DNA from: Heteronotia binoei
Taxonomy: Eukaryota
Reading direction: 5' to 3'
Assembly: GCF_032191835.1 (NCBI RefSeq)
Contig: NC_083235.1
Location: 15,562,001 to 15,626,000, forward strand
DNA: 64,000 bases
The notes beneath the pieces are model-generated. The model was not told the DNA's origin and did no database searches. It saw only the letters and a list, made by a program, of their open reading frames with translations. The translations under genes and the position numbers were made by a program. This document shows positions 45,043 to 57,884 of the stretch, in pieces (the first letter of the stretch is position 1; each line of letters starts with the position of its first letter).

Positions 45043-45469
45043 CTCATAAGGTAGACGTTTCGCTCACAAGACTCTGCAGCTTAGAGGGAGCACTGATCCT
45101 GGCGTATATCAAACCACCATATAATATAGCTGCAACGTCATACTTACAAAGCTTCAATGAATTAATTTCCAAATCCTTCTTCAGTTTTACAAAACTGCAA
45201 CAAAATCCCACAATTACAAACAATTTGCAATATTCACCCATTAATACAATTTGTCAAGGGCTTGCCACGAAAGGGCTACTGATTTCCTATGCTTGTCTAT
45301 CCTCTGCATATTTCTACAGTTGTTGTTATCTATAGCTTCCCATGCTTCGCACACCTGCTAGCTGGGCGCAGATATTGGGTCTGAAGGCCATTGCTTGGTA
45401 ATATATTGTATCGAAACCACACTCTTGGCACTGGTGGGAATCGAAACCAAAGTTCCAAAGAAATGCTTG

Positions 45470-46115
45470 GGAAAATGTTAAGGGGGGTGCTTATCATTAC
45501 TGGCTATGCCTATTGCTGAACCTAGATTATTATTTTTGGTATATATTATATACTGAAAAATCAGCTTTCTTATTGATTAAACAAAGATTGGTTGATATTG
45601 AATTGCAGGTTCACGAAAGCCTTGCTAAAGGCAGATGTTTGTCCTTGAGTTTGGGGTTTTTTCCTCCTGGGTATAGGGCTGAATATCTCACCTGCCTAAT
45701 TGCCCTTTGGCAACACAGAGCCTATTTGCAAGCTAGGTTCAATGTGCTACCATCTGCCATGCTTCTTGGAAGATTCCATAAAACTCCCTATGCTAACAGA
45801 CTGTGCACTTGTGCATGTCCAGAGATAGAAACTTTGGAACATGTGTTCCTAAACTGTACTTTTTACTCTGACCTATGCTCCATACTCATTGACCCCTGTT
45901 TCAGTGAGCAAAACAATGAAGCCCAACAAATATAAAATTGTCTTCCTGTTGTCAACTTGGAACCAATTGGTAATGGAAACTGTTGCAAATTCTTTATATC
46001 TCGCATCTAGGAGGCGCTTTAATGTATTTGCAAGTTGCCATTTGATGGGTAGATTGGTTCCCTGTTATGTTTGATATCAATAAAGGTTATTGTATTGTAA
46101 CGTATTGTATTATTG
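45470..46115 (+). mobile_element. Non-LTR retrotransposon 3' fragment with Zn-knuckle, clade uncertain
   Basis: Translates to ARFNVLPSAMLLGRF..PYANRLCTC..ETLEHVFLNC. Followed by aataaa and a (TATTG)n-like tail. Confidence 0.65.
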
Positions 46116-46837
46116 CATGACTTACTGATGTATGGCAGTTCTGACGCAGACCCTGGCCTGAGGCACATCTTACCTGAAATTCTTAATAAATGGAACCTTT
46201 TGAAATAGAACGGACTGTTTATTGAGTACTCCGGGGGGAAGCCTGACACAATCATACATAACATCCATACTTACAAAATGTACTCACAATATTCAAACCG
46301 ATTCTTAACGTACATTCAACAAGGACACAAAGTCTCTACCGCAATTTTCAAACCGGCATTAGCTCAAAATGGCTCCGTTGGCTTTCTTATGAATTATACT
46401 GAGGGTCCAGCGGAACACTTTCTTGGTTCCTGTTACAAATTTTCTGCTATTGTAAGTTTATTTTTGTGCTGTAGTTTTGGGATACTGTATGTCATATAAG
46501 GGTAATATATAAACATAATTTTGATACAAAAAATAAAACCTATTGATATATTAAAAAAATAAAAAAAGATTTTTAAAATGGCACCTATTAGTGGCATTAT
46601 GTAGTCGCATTGTCACACGGGGGTTTTTTGTTTTGTTTTGTTTGCTCAGCATGTGCACTTTCCCTGTGGTTCCAGTTTTTTCAAGCTACAAGAGCATTGT
46701 CACAACTAATTAAAGCTATTCTTATGTGGGGAAGAAGGAACCCTTTGTTCCCCAGCACGGAGGGTCCGGTTCCGTTCTTGCTCTTGAGGAAAACATAGGG
46801 ATACCCAATCAAAGACATAGTTTGGCTTTTAGAGAAA

Positions 46838-47773
46838 TTACTGAAAACGTTGCTTAATAACCCTCTTCATGGCCGCCTTCATCTCGCTGTTCCTGAGGCT
46901 GTAGATGAAGGGATTCAGCATGGGGCTCACCATGGTATACAGCACGGTCGCCACAGTGTCCTGGAAGCCTGGGCTCTTGGAATGTGGCTTGAAATAAACA
47001 AAGCTGATACCACCAAAGTACATGAGCACCACGCAGATGTGGGACCCGCACGTGGAGAAGGCCTTGCGCTTCCCGGTGGCAGATGGAATCTTCATGATGG
47101 AGTAGAAGATGAGGGCATATGAGACAATAATGAACACAAATGGTGTCAGAACCTCTACTACCCCCTCGGTCATCACTGTTAAACCTATGAGGCTCGTATC
47201 AGAGCAGCAGACAGACAAAAGCGGAAAAACATCACAGAAGAAATGAGGGATTTCTTCAGGGTCACAGAATTCGACACGGGACATCAAAAATGTATAAAGC
47301 AAGGAGTGGATTGTGGGGACAACCCAGGACACCGTGGCAAGTTGAAGGCAACGTTTGTGGCTCATCATAGCGGAATAGTGCAGCGGGCAGCAGATAGCCA
47401 CATAGCGGTCGTAGGCCATGGAAGCCAGCAGGAAGATGTCGAAGTTGCCAAAAAACACATAGAAATACATCTGGGCCAGACAACCATGGTAGGAGATAGT
47501 CTTCTTCTGAGACAGCAGGTTAACTAATGCCTTGGGGATGGTGGTGGAGGTGAAACCAAGGTCAGCTAGGGAAAGGTGGCTGAGCAGGAAGTACATGGGA
47601 GTCTGGAGGAGCTGTATGTCACAGCGGATTAACAAGATGATTGTGACGTTTCCCAGGAAGGTGAGCAGATAGATGGAAAGGAAGAGAGGGAAGAGGAGTC
47701 TTTGGAACTCTGGCTGGAATGGAAAACCTTGGAGGAGGAACTCAGAAACATCTGTTGTGTTCCTGTGATTCAT
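46838..47773 (-). CDS. Olfactory receptor, class II OR1-like, intact, 311 aa (OR-D)
   Basis: All OR motifs present, NTT sequon. The ATG at 47773 follows the acceptor tcAG (47787-47788), a CAGCAG tandem site. Confidence 0.95.
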   Translation of the reverse strand: MNHRNTTDVSEFLLQGFPFQPEFQRLLFPLFLSIYLLTFLGNVTIILLIRCDIQLLQTPMYFLLSHLSLADLGFTSTTIPKALVNLLSQKKTISYHGCLAQMYFYVFFGNFDIFLLASMAYDRYVAICCPLHYSAMMSHKRCLQLATVSWVVPTIHSLLYTFLMSRVEFCDPEEIPHFFCDVFPLLSVCCSDTSLIGLTVMTEGVVEVLTPFVFIIVSYALIFYSIMKIPSATGKRKAFSTCGSHICVVLMYFGGISFVYFKPHSKSPGFQDTVATVLYTMVSPMLNPFIYSLRNSEMKAAMKRVIKQRFQ

Positions 47774-48120
47774 TGGACTGATGCTGCTGAAGTGAGGAGA
47801 CAGCAAGGAAGTTAGAGAAATTACTGCAGCCAAGCATGGCTAATAAATCCCAAGATTCGCACTTCTCCCTCCCACTATTATCTGGCTACCCAATGAGCAA
47901 ACTGTGGGAGAATTCTTCTATAATTTATTCTCTCTCTGTCTTGTATCTCTGTCTTTGTCCCCTGATTTATCCATTATTCCTGCCACATGAGAAATGCCTC
48001 AAGATTTAGTGTCAAAATTTAGATTTAGAATGGTAAAGTTCCTGAGCTGGAATTCAAAATCTAAGTTTCCCACTGAGTGAGAAAAATCCGCACAATGGGG
48101 CCAGGTAATGGAAAGAGAAC

Positions 48121-48444
48121 TGTTGTATATGTGGACTAATGTTGCTATCACCCATGTTCCTGCCTGGCTCATTGGAGCCTTTTGGTCTGAGCTTGGGAAC
48201 TCGGGAACAATGGACAGTAGGATCCAAATCCCTGCCGCCCTGCTCCAATCACAGGCCCCCTGCTGGTTTAAATGGTCCAATGTCGTCCTAGCGCGGGAAC
48301 CTTGAGTTGTATATAGTTGGCCCCATTGGCCCAGTAAAGTAGTCTTCTAGCTCAGCCATTACCAAGCTGTAATCGATAAAGAGAGCTTTGATTCACTGCA
48401 ACTGCATCTCCTTCATGCATTGAACCCACTATATTATAAAGACA
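48121..48444 (+). mobile_element. Solo-LTR-like insertion in the OR-D intron
   Basis: Absent from the paralogous intron at ~63410. Has TG...CA ends, CCAAT and TATA-like motifs. Confidence 0.55.
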
Positions 48445-48906
48445 TTTCCCTACAAGCTTGGGAGATCCCCTAAGTTTGCTGAAAAAATCCCAAACATTAT
48501 AAAAGGTGTGGGCAGTTGCAAGGCCCCGAAAATTGGATCTTTGCTAACGTGAAGGCAGCCACTGAGGGAATGGGGTGGGAACAAAGAAGGAGCTAAGCAG
48601 TCAATTGGGGGAGAGGGAAGGTGGTAGATGGTGGCAGGGGATTCCAACTTGAGAAACAGAAAAAACTGGGTGGGCAACAAGCTGGTGGCGGCAGGAGGAT
48701 TTAGCAACACTTCTTCTTCCTTCCTCTCCCGGGTGCTGGATCTCAGAAAAAGAGGGCAAGCAGTGCCAACTGGAAGCAAGATGAGGTGCTGCTGCTTCTG
48801 CTTTCTCCTTCCTTTCTCAACTCAAGCCTCCCTGCAAGAAAGAAGGCAGGCAGCAAAGACTACATGGCCATCTAAGAGCAATGCTGATTCTGTGAACTTT
48901 GACAGA

Positions 48907-49270
48907 CAGGGCTGGATTAACAATTAGGCCAAGTAGGCACTGGCCTAAGGGTCCCCATACATTTAGGGGCCCCTGGCAGGCTTCCCCCCCGGTTTCCCCC
49001 CTGTTTGCAGCCTTCCCAACCTGCACGTGCAGCCATCAACTGAGCTGCTCTTTGCCCAACTTGCCTGGTGAGGCTGCTGCTGGCGTCGTCCAGTTGGCCT
49101 CTCTCTGCCTCTCCCCTGCAGCTTTGTCAAAGGGGCTTTTGAGAAGGTGTCCATAGCCTGCAGCAGGGCCACAGGTGGCAAGGCAGGCACTCTGACTCAG
49201 ATAATTTGCAAGGCCCACCCCCCGAAGTTTTGACTGCCTAGGGGCCTCCACAGGATTTAATCCAGCCCTG
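48907..49270 (-). mobile_element. Non-autonomous hAT element, family of 14661-15017
   Basis: TIRs present, TSD ttgacaga/atgacaga. Confidence 0.85.
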
Positions 49271-49310
49271 ATGACAGATCATGGGAAGGAGAGAAGGAAG
49301 GGTTGTATTC

Positions 49311-49504
49311 AGGGTTGTTTTTTTTTTGTAACAGGAGCTCCTTTGCCTATTAGGCGATGCCCCCCTGATGTAGCCCATCCTCCTGGAGCTTACAGGGCTC
49401 TTAGCACAGGACCTACTGTAAGCTCCAAGAGGGTGGCTGCATGAGGGGTTGTGTGGCCCAATATGCAAAGGAGTTCCTGCTACAAAAAAAAAAGAAAAGC
49501 CCTG
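49311..49504. mobile_element. Palindromic CAGGG-family MITE
   Basis: Foldback with the family core. Confidence 0.8.
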
Positions 49505-50598
49505 TGCATCAGTGCTTAGTTCTCCTGGCCCTTTCTTATACAACCAAGAGAAACGCCAATGGCCACTTTGAGGTCAGACTGCAATTTTTCTCCAGGCCAA
49601 ATTGGTCAGAGGGTTTGGTTTTCTTTTTGCCATCTTCTGGGCATGGAGCAGGGGTCACTGAGGGTGGGTGGGAGGTATTTGTGGATTTCCTGCATTGTGC
49701 TGGGCGTTGGACTAGATGACCCTGGAGGTCCCTTCAAACTCTATGATTGTATGAACCGGCAGCCAAGATTGCAGAGAGGAAGAAGCAACATTTTCCTACA
49801 TCTCCCTATGAGTTTCTGGTGAATCCCTGCTCATAAAATACAAAGAGAGAGGGGGAAAACAAACTCAACCTGAGAATAAACTGAGAACGCTGCAAGGGTC
49901 CAGGCTACAGTAAACAATTTTTTATAGAAATATGTTTAATACATGGTGTATGCAATACATGAATTAAAAACAAAAAGCCTGATTAACAGGCCACAATAAG
50001 AGAATAAAGAATAAGCTTTACATATGCTGTTGTAATTTATTTACACTCTTTATTTTCTAGATGTGTATTTTAAAACTATTTTATATACTATCAACCACTG
50101 AGGAATGGCCAGTTCAACTGGATCCACAGATTCATACTTAACACACGTTGACCAAAAAACCCCAAACCAACCCAGAATTTCAGAACATCTCATGCCAAGC
50201 CAAGGTAGGAACATCCCCCAAAAGATGACCAAGTTCAGGAGACATGTTCAAAAGATCCAGGTTAGGGGAGAAAAACCTTACTTAGATTTTACTTTGCTCT
50301 ATTTCTTCATCAGGCAGAACACCCATTCTCCAGGATGGGGAATGGCCAAGTTACATCAGGCAGTATAGCAGTTCTGAAATGCACTAATAGCCTGCACGTA
50401 CTGAAAAAGACTAAACTTTCCCTGATTTCTCTATCAGTACATATTAATGATTCACCCACAGAACTTTGCCATGGATGTTACTGCAAACCTTCACCATCAG
50501 CAGAAGGTTCCAAAAGCTTTTCCTTTTGTAGAGACCATCTAAGGAGGCTTCATTTGACTTCCTGGGGGGAGACATTTTCCAATGCTTGATGTGCTCTT

Positions 50599-50965
50599 AC
50601 TTACCCAAGTGGTGAATGCTACCCAAAGATGTTTTCTGTTTGCCGCAGCAGCAGCCGAGTTGTAAGTTTGTAGGTCCTGAAGAAAAGCCAGAGAGGTTAG
50701 AATGGAGGGAATATGTGGCCTTTTCCTCCAGGTTAACTCAGGCCTCCTTTTCCTTCTGAGCAGATCTGACATATACGGTAGTTTGCTGTTGCATGAAACA
50801 ACAGTGGTACAGTGGCATCACCAGCTTTTGTTCACACCTTGGGGCTTTCTGGTCTTGGTGATACCCAAAGGGTGGCTCAGAAGGGTGTCTTTGTGAGCTA
50901 TTCTTGAGTAATAGTTCTGAGACCTAACTCTCAAAGGCATAGTAAATGAGCCTGTTTATAGCATG
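50599..50965 (-). promoter_or_regulatory. Putative OR promoter plus 5' non-coding exon (module M4), for OR-D
   Basis: The minus strand reads ctataaacaggctcatttac...gtctcagaac...gctgctgctgcggcaaacagaaa...ttgG|GTAAGT (GT at 50604-50603). Confidence 0.6.
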
Positions 50966-51059
50966 ATCTCTTTTTTAAAAAGACACATACATTTGCCAGA
51001 GAATGGTAGCAAGAGATCCACAAGGAATTTGCTAGAAGCAAAGAGTAATTAACATGTGG

Positions 51060-51535
51060 AATTCACTGCCATAGGGTTGTTACAAGCTTAGACACCTGAA
51101 AGTGGGTGCCGGATAAACAGATGGAGCGGAGGTCCATCAGTGGCTATTAGCCACAAGGTATAGAGGGAACACTGTGTCTGGGGCAGTGATGTCCTGCACT
51201 CTTGGTGCTTGGGGAGGGGGGGCAACAGTGGGGGGGGCTTATGGAGTTCTGACCCTGCTGGTGGACCTCCTGATGGCATCTGGATTTTCAGCCATTGTGT
51301 GACACAGAGCTTTGAACTGGATGGGTCATTGGCCTTATCCAACATGGCTTCTCTTATATTCTTATGTTTATGATGCTCTGTATTTTTGGTGCTTGGGGGA
51401 CAACAGTGGGGGGACTTCTGGAGTTCTGGCTGCACTGGTAGACCTCCTGATGGCCCCTGGGTTTTGGCCACTGTGTTACACTGAGTGTTGGATGGGCCAT
51501 TGTCCCGATCCAACATGGCGTCTCTTATCTTCTTA
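51060..51535 (+). mobile_element. Two tandem CR1 3' ends
   Basis: Two successive ...ccaacatggc(t/g)tctcttat tails at ~51350 and ~51525. Confidence 0.8.
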
Positions 51536-51930
51536 AGCAGAGACTGGATGCAGATTAGTGACAGATTAAATACTTATGGTATTTTTTTGCCCTCTTGGAT
51601 GCTGGGAAGAACCGCTTCACCTGCCCCAGACAAATTGACTAATGACCTGGTGGCAGAGAAAGCCAGGCATAAGACCCAGTGGCCACATGGTCGTACACAG
51701 GAGTCCCATGGCGCATGCCTTAACTAGGGTGGGGGAGCTGATGGGGACCATGGGGCACCACGTGGCTGGCCATCTGGACAGCTAGCACTGGGGCAAAGGA
51801 TGGGAACAGTGGTGGCATAGTGTAACTGATATGGATCAGTGCTGAAGGCAAGGATAGTGGCCCAGGCCCAGCAACTTTGATCATGGTATAAGACCATTAT
51901 CCATGAACAGAGTTCCTTATGAATGTTTGC

Positions 51931-52106
51931 CAGGGCTTTTTTATTTTTGTAGCAGAAACTCCTTTGCATATTAGACCACACCCCTCTGATGTAGCCAATC
52001 CTCCAAGAGCTTTAAGTACGGGGCATACTGTAAACTCCTGAAGAACTGGCTACATCAAAGGGCTGTGGCCTAATATGCAAAGGAGTTCCTGCTACAAAAA
52101 GCCCTC
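51931..52106. mobile_element. Palindromic CAGGG-family MITE
   Basis: Perfect TSD ATGTTTGC. Confidence 0.88.
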
Positions 52107-54191
52107 ATGTTTGCCATGCTATACTTTGAGCCCCAATCAGCCCTCACAACAGACACCCTATGAAGTAGGTGGGGCTGAGAGCATCTGCCCAGAACTGCAC
52201 TGCTGACTCCCCACTCCCCCAGTGTGAATTTTCCTCTCCATTCCCTTCCCAGCCCATGGGTCTTGAGTGAGGACACACTAACTCAGAGCTTATCAGTTGC
52301 TGTCCTTTATAAAGTTTACATCTCTGGTGCCTAGCATTACATTTTATGGCACACAGTGCCTGGCCCGACAAAGTGAAATTTATGTTGGATCAGGCCCTCA
52401 TAACAAATGAGTTTGACACCTCTGTTCTAGAACTTGCTTTGCTCTGATCTTTTTATGAACATCAGTGTCCAGGTGGGTTTGCCCGAGTATAAACAAGAAA
52501 ATGAAGATTTACAAATTGCCACAGCCTAGGGTTGCCAAGTCCCCTGCACCCTTCGGCTATGGTACCATAGAGTTTTTCTCCCAAATTGCTAGAGCATCTG
52601 GGAAAACCATAGAGTTTTCTCAGAAGCTTCTAGAGCGGCCCGCGTGTAATGATGCTGGCACAAGGATTTCACTTGTGAGTGACATCATTGCACCGGCGAC
52701 GCTGGGAGGGGATCCCCCTGCTGGCCCACTGCAAGCTGGCAGGTTGGGGACCTCAAAAGTGGGAGAACCTCCACCCCGCCTGGGAACTTGGCAGCCCTAC
52801 CACAGCCACTGCTATTGTTCCTCCTAATCTCTAATGCCTGCCATTCATCCCCCACACTTACATATATAACTAGAGGACATTTTGCCAGCTTTTAAAAAAA
52901 TGGTGATAGGGTGCTCCAGATATAGTGCAAAATGTACCCTCAGGCGGGTGGCATGATGCCCCCCAAACAATAACTTAATGGGCTTTTCTGAGGAGGACAA
53001 TGATGTAGGAGAGGCTTGATGATCCTGCAAGTACCAGGCAAGAAGGGCTTTAGGGATATACCTCCTACTGATTTCCTTAAAAGCCTTTTGGTGGAGCAAG
53101 GAGAGGAGGAAGGATGAGGTGGGTGTTAGCAGTCAGACCCCTCTTCTTGCAGAGGTAGAATAACTATCATAGGGTTATAGGTAAAATAACCATCAATACC
53201 CTTTTTAAAATATCACCTCAAAATCATGTGCAAGACACTGCCTGGCCCCAAATGACACAAAATGGATGCCAGTCAGGAACAAGCCTGGACAAGTAGCTAG
53301 AAGTGTGAGTCTGAGTGGCTGACTGTCTACTGCACGATCCATGCTTTGGAGAAATGTGTAATTTAGTACTATGGGTCTGACTCACCCTTGAACTAATCCC
53401 ACCAACACCCAGTCTTACTTACATCCTGTACCCACTTACATTAATTAAGCGGTGATTTAATCAATGCTTAATTCTGTCCCACTAACTCATTAGCCCTTCC
53501 TGCCCAGTACTTGCAGGATCATCAAATCTCTCCCACATCATTGTCGTCCTCAGAAAAGCCCATTAAGTTATTGTTTTTTGGGCATCATGTCACCTACCTG
53601 AGGGTACATTTTGCCCTATATCTGGAGCACCCTGCTTCCCAGCAGTGTGTGTGTGTAGCTTTGTTGGGCTCTCTTCTCTCTCAAAATGCTGGCCATTTTG
53701 CTGCTTCCATGGTCCTCTTCAAGATCAGTCATTATTGCCCTTCCCTAAAATTGCTTTTCCAGTTTCCTCCCTATATTTCTCTTTGTTAGCCCTCGTGTGT
53801 ATGTTTATGGTATGCATTTTATTTCATTGTCTCTTTTTATTTAAAAAAAACCTTTCCAGTTGAACACTTACTTCATTTATTTGAGCGTTTTCTTAAAGCA
53901 AGACATACATGGGTGGGGATAAGAGTTGTACTTACTGTAAATGTTCATCATTGACATCTACTATGCAGAGACCCATTCAGCCTGTGCAACCACAGGCCCA
54001 TTGTGGTGCTGTACAGCAAGATGGAAGACAAACCCAGTTACCTGCCTCTTGCTCTGTCTCCTTTATACTAATTCACCCAACTAATTAGGAGACTGCCTAA
54101 CATGGGGGTAACACAGTGATCCTTACAAAATGACAGATAGGACAGAACTGGGAGAAACAATAGAGGACACGTCACAGAATACACCATACAT

Positions 54192-54484
54192 AAAAGTAAA
54201 AGTAGTCCCCTGTGCAAGCACCAGTCGTTTCTGACTCTGGGATGATGTTGCATCTTGACATTTTCACAGAAGACTTTTTAATGGGGTAATTTGCCATTGC
54301 TTTCCCCATTCACCTACGCTTTACCCCCAGGAAGCTGGGTACTCATTTTACCGACCTTGGAAGGATGGAAGGCTGAATCAACTTTGAGTCAGCTACTTGA
54401 ACCCAGCTTCTGCTGGAATCAAACTCAGGTTGTGAACAGAGCTTGGACTGTAGTACTGCAGCTTTACCACTCTGCGCCACGGGG

Positions 54485-54488
<4 letters not shown>
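54192..54488 (-). mobile_element. Sauria SINE
   Basis: Full reverse copy. Confidence 0.88.

Positions 54489-54566
<78 letters not shown>
54488..54566. repeat. Compound (TC)n(TA)n microsatellite
   Basis: Directly visible. Confidence 0.98.
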
Positions 54567-54567
<1 letters not shown>

Positions 54568-54987
54568 TCTGTATATACTCTGTATATACCATATATATTG
54601 TATGGTATACAGTCTGCCCTTAGAAGCTGTCATTTTCTTCTGGGAAACTGACCTCTGTCACTTGGAGATCAGTTGCCTTTGCAGGAAAACTGGATAAGTC
54701 TATCAGTGCCTACTATCAATGATGGCAGAGAAGAAACCTCCACATTCAGAGTCACTAATCCTCTGAATCCTAGAGCCAGGAGGCAACATCAGGAGAAGGT
54801 CTTGACCTCTGTGCCCTGTTGTTCGCCCTCCAGAGGGATGGGTTGGCCCCTGTGTGAGACAGGATGCTGTACTAGAGGGATCACTGGTCTGATCCAGCAG
54901 GGCTCTTCTTATGTTCTTTTGTTATTCAACAAAATGGAGAAGGAAATCACTCAGATGTATATGGGGGAGGATCTGTACCTCACAAAA

Positions 54988-55929
54988 CTAATTGAAATGC
55001 TTCTTAATGACTCTTTTCAGGGCTGCCTTCATTTCGTTATTCCTGAGGGTGTAGATGAAGGGGTTCACCATGGGGTTGACCATGGTGTACATCATAGCAG
55101 CCCAGGTGTCTTGATGTCCCACTACATTCGAATTTGGCTTGAAATAAACAAAGCTTATCCCACCAAAGTACATGACCACCACACAAATGTGGGACCCGCA
55201 TGTCGAGAAAGCCTTGCGCTTTGCCCCAGCGGATGGAATCTTTATGATGGTGAAGAAGATGAGTGCATAGGAAATGATAATGAGCACAAATGGCCCTAGG
55301 ATCTCCACGACCCCCTCAGTCATCAGTACTATATCTATGACATAGGAGTCAGAGCAAGAAACGTCTAGAATAGGGTAAAGGTCACAGAAAAACTGAGGAA
55401 TCTCCCCAGGGTCACAGAACTCAACTTGGAACATCAAAAATGTATAAATTGATGAGTGCAACATGGTGATCGTCCAGGACACTGTGACCATTTGAAGGCA
55501 ACATTTGTGGCTCATAATGGAGGAATAGTACAACGGGCGGCAGATCGCCACAAAGCGGTCATAGGCCATGGAAGCCAGAATGTAGCTGTCTGCATTGCCA
55601 ATAAAGATAGCAACAAACATCTGGATGAAGCAACCATGGTAGGAGATGGTCTTTCTCTGAGATAACAAGTTCTGTAGCACCTTGGGGACTATGGAGCTGG
55701 CAAACCCCAGATCAGCTACTGCAAGGTGACTGAGGAAGAAGTACATGGGGGTTTGGAGGAGCTGCCTGTCGCAGCGGATCAGCAAGATGATGGTGACATT
55801 CCCCAGGAGGGTGAGCAAGTACATCAAGAGGAAAATCAGGAAGAGGAGTTTTTCAACCTCTGGCTCGGAAGAGAATCCACGGAGGAAGAATTCGGAGACC
55901 TGAGTTGTATTCTTGTGATTCGTTAGCAT
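54988..55929 (-). CDS. Olfactory receptor, class II OR1-like, intact, 313 aa (OR-E)
   Basis: All OR motifs present (MAYDRFVAIC variant). Starts MLTNHKNTT; acceptor acAG at 55937-55938. Confidence 0.93.
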   Translation of the reverse strand: MLTNHKNTTQVSEFFLRGFSSEPEVEKLLFLIFLLMYLLTLLGNVTIILLIRCDRQLLQTPMYFFLSHLAVADLGFASSIVPKVLQNLLSQRKTISYHGCFIQMFVAIFIGNADSYILASMAYDRFVAICRPLYYSSIMSHKCCLQMVTVSWTITMLHSSIYTFLMFQVEFCDPGEIPQFFCDLYPILDVSCSDSYVIDIVLMTEGVVEILGPFVLIIISYALIFFTIIKIPSAGAKRKAFSTCGSHICVVVMYFGGISFVYFKPNSNVVGHQDTWAAMMYTMVNPMVNPFIYTLRNNEMKAALKRVIKKHFN

Positions 55930-56026
55930 GATGCTGCTGTAATGAGAATAAGAAGAAAACTAGAGAGCCTACAGCCAACATTTTGGTTGATAGATTCCTA
56001 GGCACAAAATCCTCCCAGCACTGTCT

Positions 56027-56304
56027 AAAGGTAAAGCACCAGTCATTTCCAATTCTGGGGTGACGTTGCATCATGATGTTTTGATGGCAGACTTTTGACG
56101 GGCTGGTTTGCCATTGCCTTCCCCAGTCATCTACATTTCCCCCCCAGCAAGCTGGGTCCTCTTTTTACCAACCTCGGAAGGATGGAAGGCTGTGTCAGCC
56201 TTGAGCCAGCTACCTGAACCCAGCTTCCGCTGGGATCGAACTCAGGTCGTGAGCAGAGCTTGGACTGCAGTACTGCAGCTTACCACTCTGCACCACGGGG
56301 CTCC
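56027..56304 (-). mobile_element. Sauria SINE in the OR-E intron, ~90 nt before the acceptor
   Basis: Full reverse copy. It splits an intron block that is contiguous upstream of OR-B. Confidence 0.88.
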
Positions 56305-57884
56305 TGCAAAAATGGAGCTTCCAAGCAAACACATCCTTTTGAAGGGGTGCTGTTTTGAGCAGAGATGCAATGAGTTTTCACAATAGACTTAACCTCTGCT
56401 CCCCCTTTCATTCCAAATTCTCCCCGTGCTTGACTCAGCATTCTGAATACATACTTGCCTAATCATAACACTGCCCTCCTATTTGTTTTAGTTTAAAGAA
56501 ACAGCCTTTGGGATTGATTACTGCATTTGCATGTAACATATAGCATTCCATGAGATCTGCTTGCTTCACTGACTGTGTATAAGATGGTGGCCTATATTCA
56601 GACTGTTACAAGTCTAACTACACTGAGTAACCAAGGAAACCTAAATACTAGCAGCATGACAGGGCTTGGGAATTATAAGTGTCATCTATTTGTACCCTTA
56701 GGTTCTGTCCCCAGCAAGAGAACATATCTGCACCTTCCTGTGGAATTAGTGATTGTGCATTTATTTTCCGATGAGCATCTATTGGATAGTGTCCATGCCA
56801 TCAATGTGAGGCATATCATGCATTTCTCCCTCCCTAATCATTTTGACTACCCTAGACATCAAACTAATTTCTCCCTGATTTTTTCCTTTCTTCTGCCTTT
56901 ATGACAAATGCTTTCAGAGGTGGCCAGTAATGTGAACAGCAACGGACAAGCAAAGGACTGCTCACACACTTAGTAGAAAAAATCCCAATGCGGCACCAGC
57001 AGCTGGGGCAACAGCCTATGGTAGTGTGTAGGGGGACGGCTCGGAATGTCTGGAATGCCCCTGTGAAGTGCTAACTAGATCTTCTCCGCTGGCCTTTGTC
57101 ACTGGCTGAAGACACCCCGCAGTAAGGACAGTGTGGGAAGGGGTGGGTGCTTGCTTGTTGATCAGTGCTCAATGGTAGCATCTTCCTCCTTCGTGCCACA
57201 CAAATAATACCAGTACTCACTGTTCACTAGAGGATGGGAGGATGATGGTTAGAACGAGTGGTAGTTTGCTGGCTTGTTCTTCATGGCTTATACTAATGGT
57301 TGCATAGTTTTATCGTACCATTTGGACTGTGAACTGCCGCTAGCGAGTCTCAGTGGCGGAGGGGTGCAATACAATACAGGAAAGGAGGCATGTGCATTGT
57401 GGGTAGGGCAGGATATAAATCCAATAGAATAATAATTTTTTTTTTCTAAACAAATACATTCTAACACAGAGAAGTATGATTCCCTCATCCCTCTGGAGAA
57501 ACGCCAGTGTCTGAAAATGTCTTCTGCTTACCTGTTTCAAAATCTAGAAAGGGAGTGAGGATGGGGTTTAACAGACCACCTAGAAGGCAACCTGGATCCT
57601 TTAACTTACAGTTTGACTCGTGGTGTAGCATCCCCAGTTGTCCCCCATAGCACATACAGAGCTAACAGACTTCGTTGCCTTAACTTTCTCCTGTCTCCTT
57701 AATCAGTGCAAAACATCCCTTCACCAGCAGAATTCTGCCAGGAACATCATTGCAAATTTTCTCTCTCATTAGGAGGTTCCAAGAGGTTGCCCTTTGTGGA
57801 GAGCACATTAGATAGACCCTCAGAGAACAGAGACCTTGGTAGACTTATTAATGGTAGACACTGTACAGTGCACAAAGTGTTCCT

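Noticed and set aside
54291-54697. ORFs with SL, YI and ER repeats
   Set aside because: Translations of a SINE plus the (TC)n(TA)n microsatellite.
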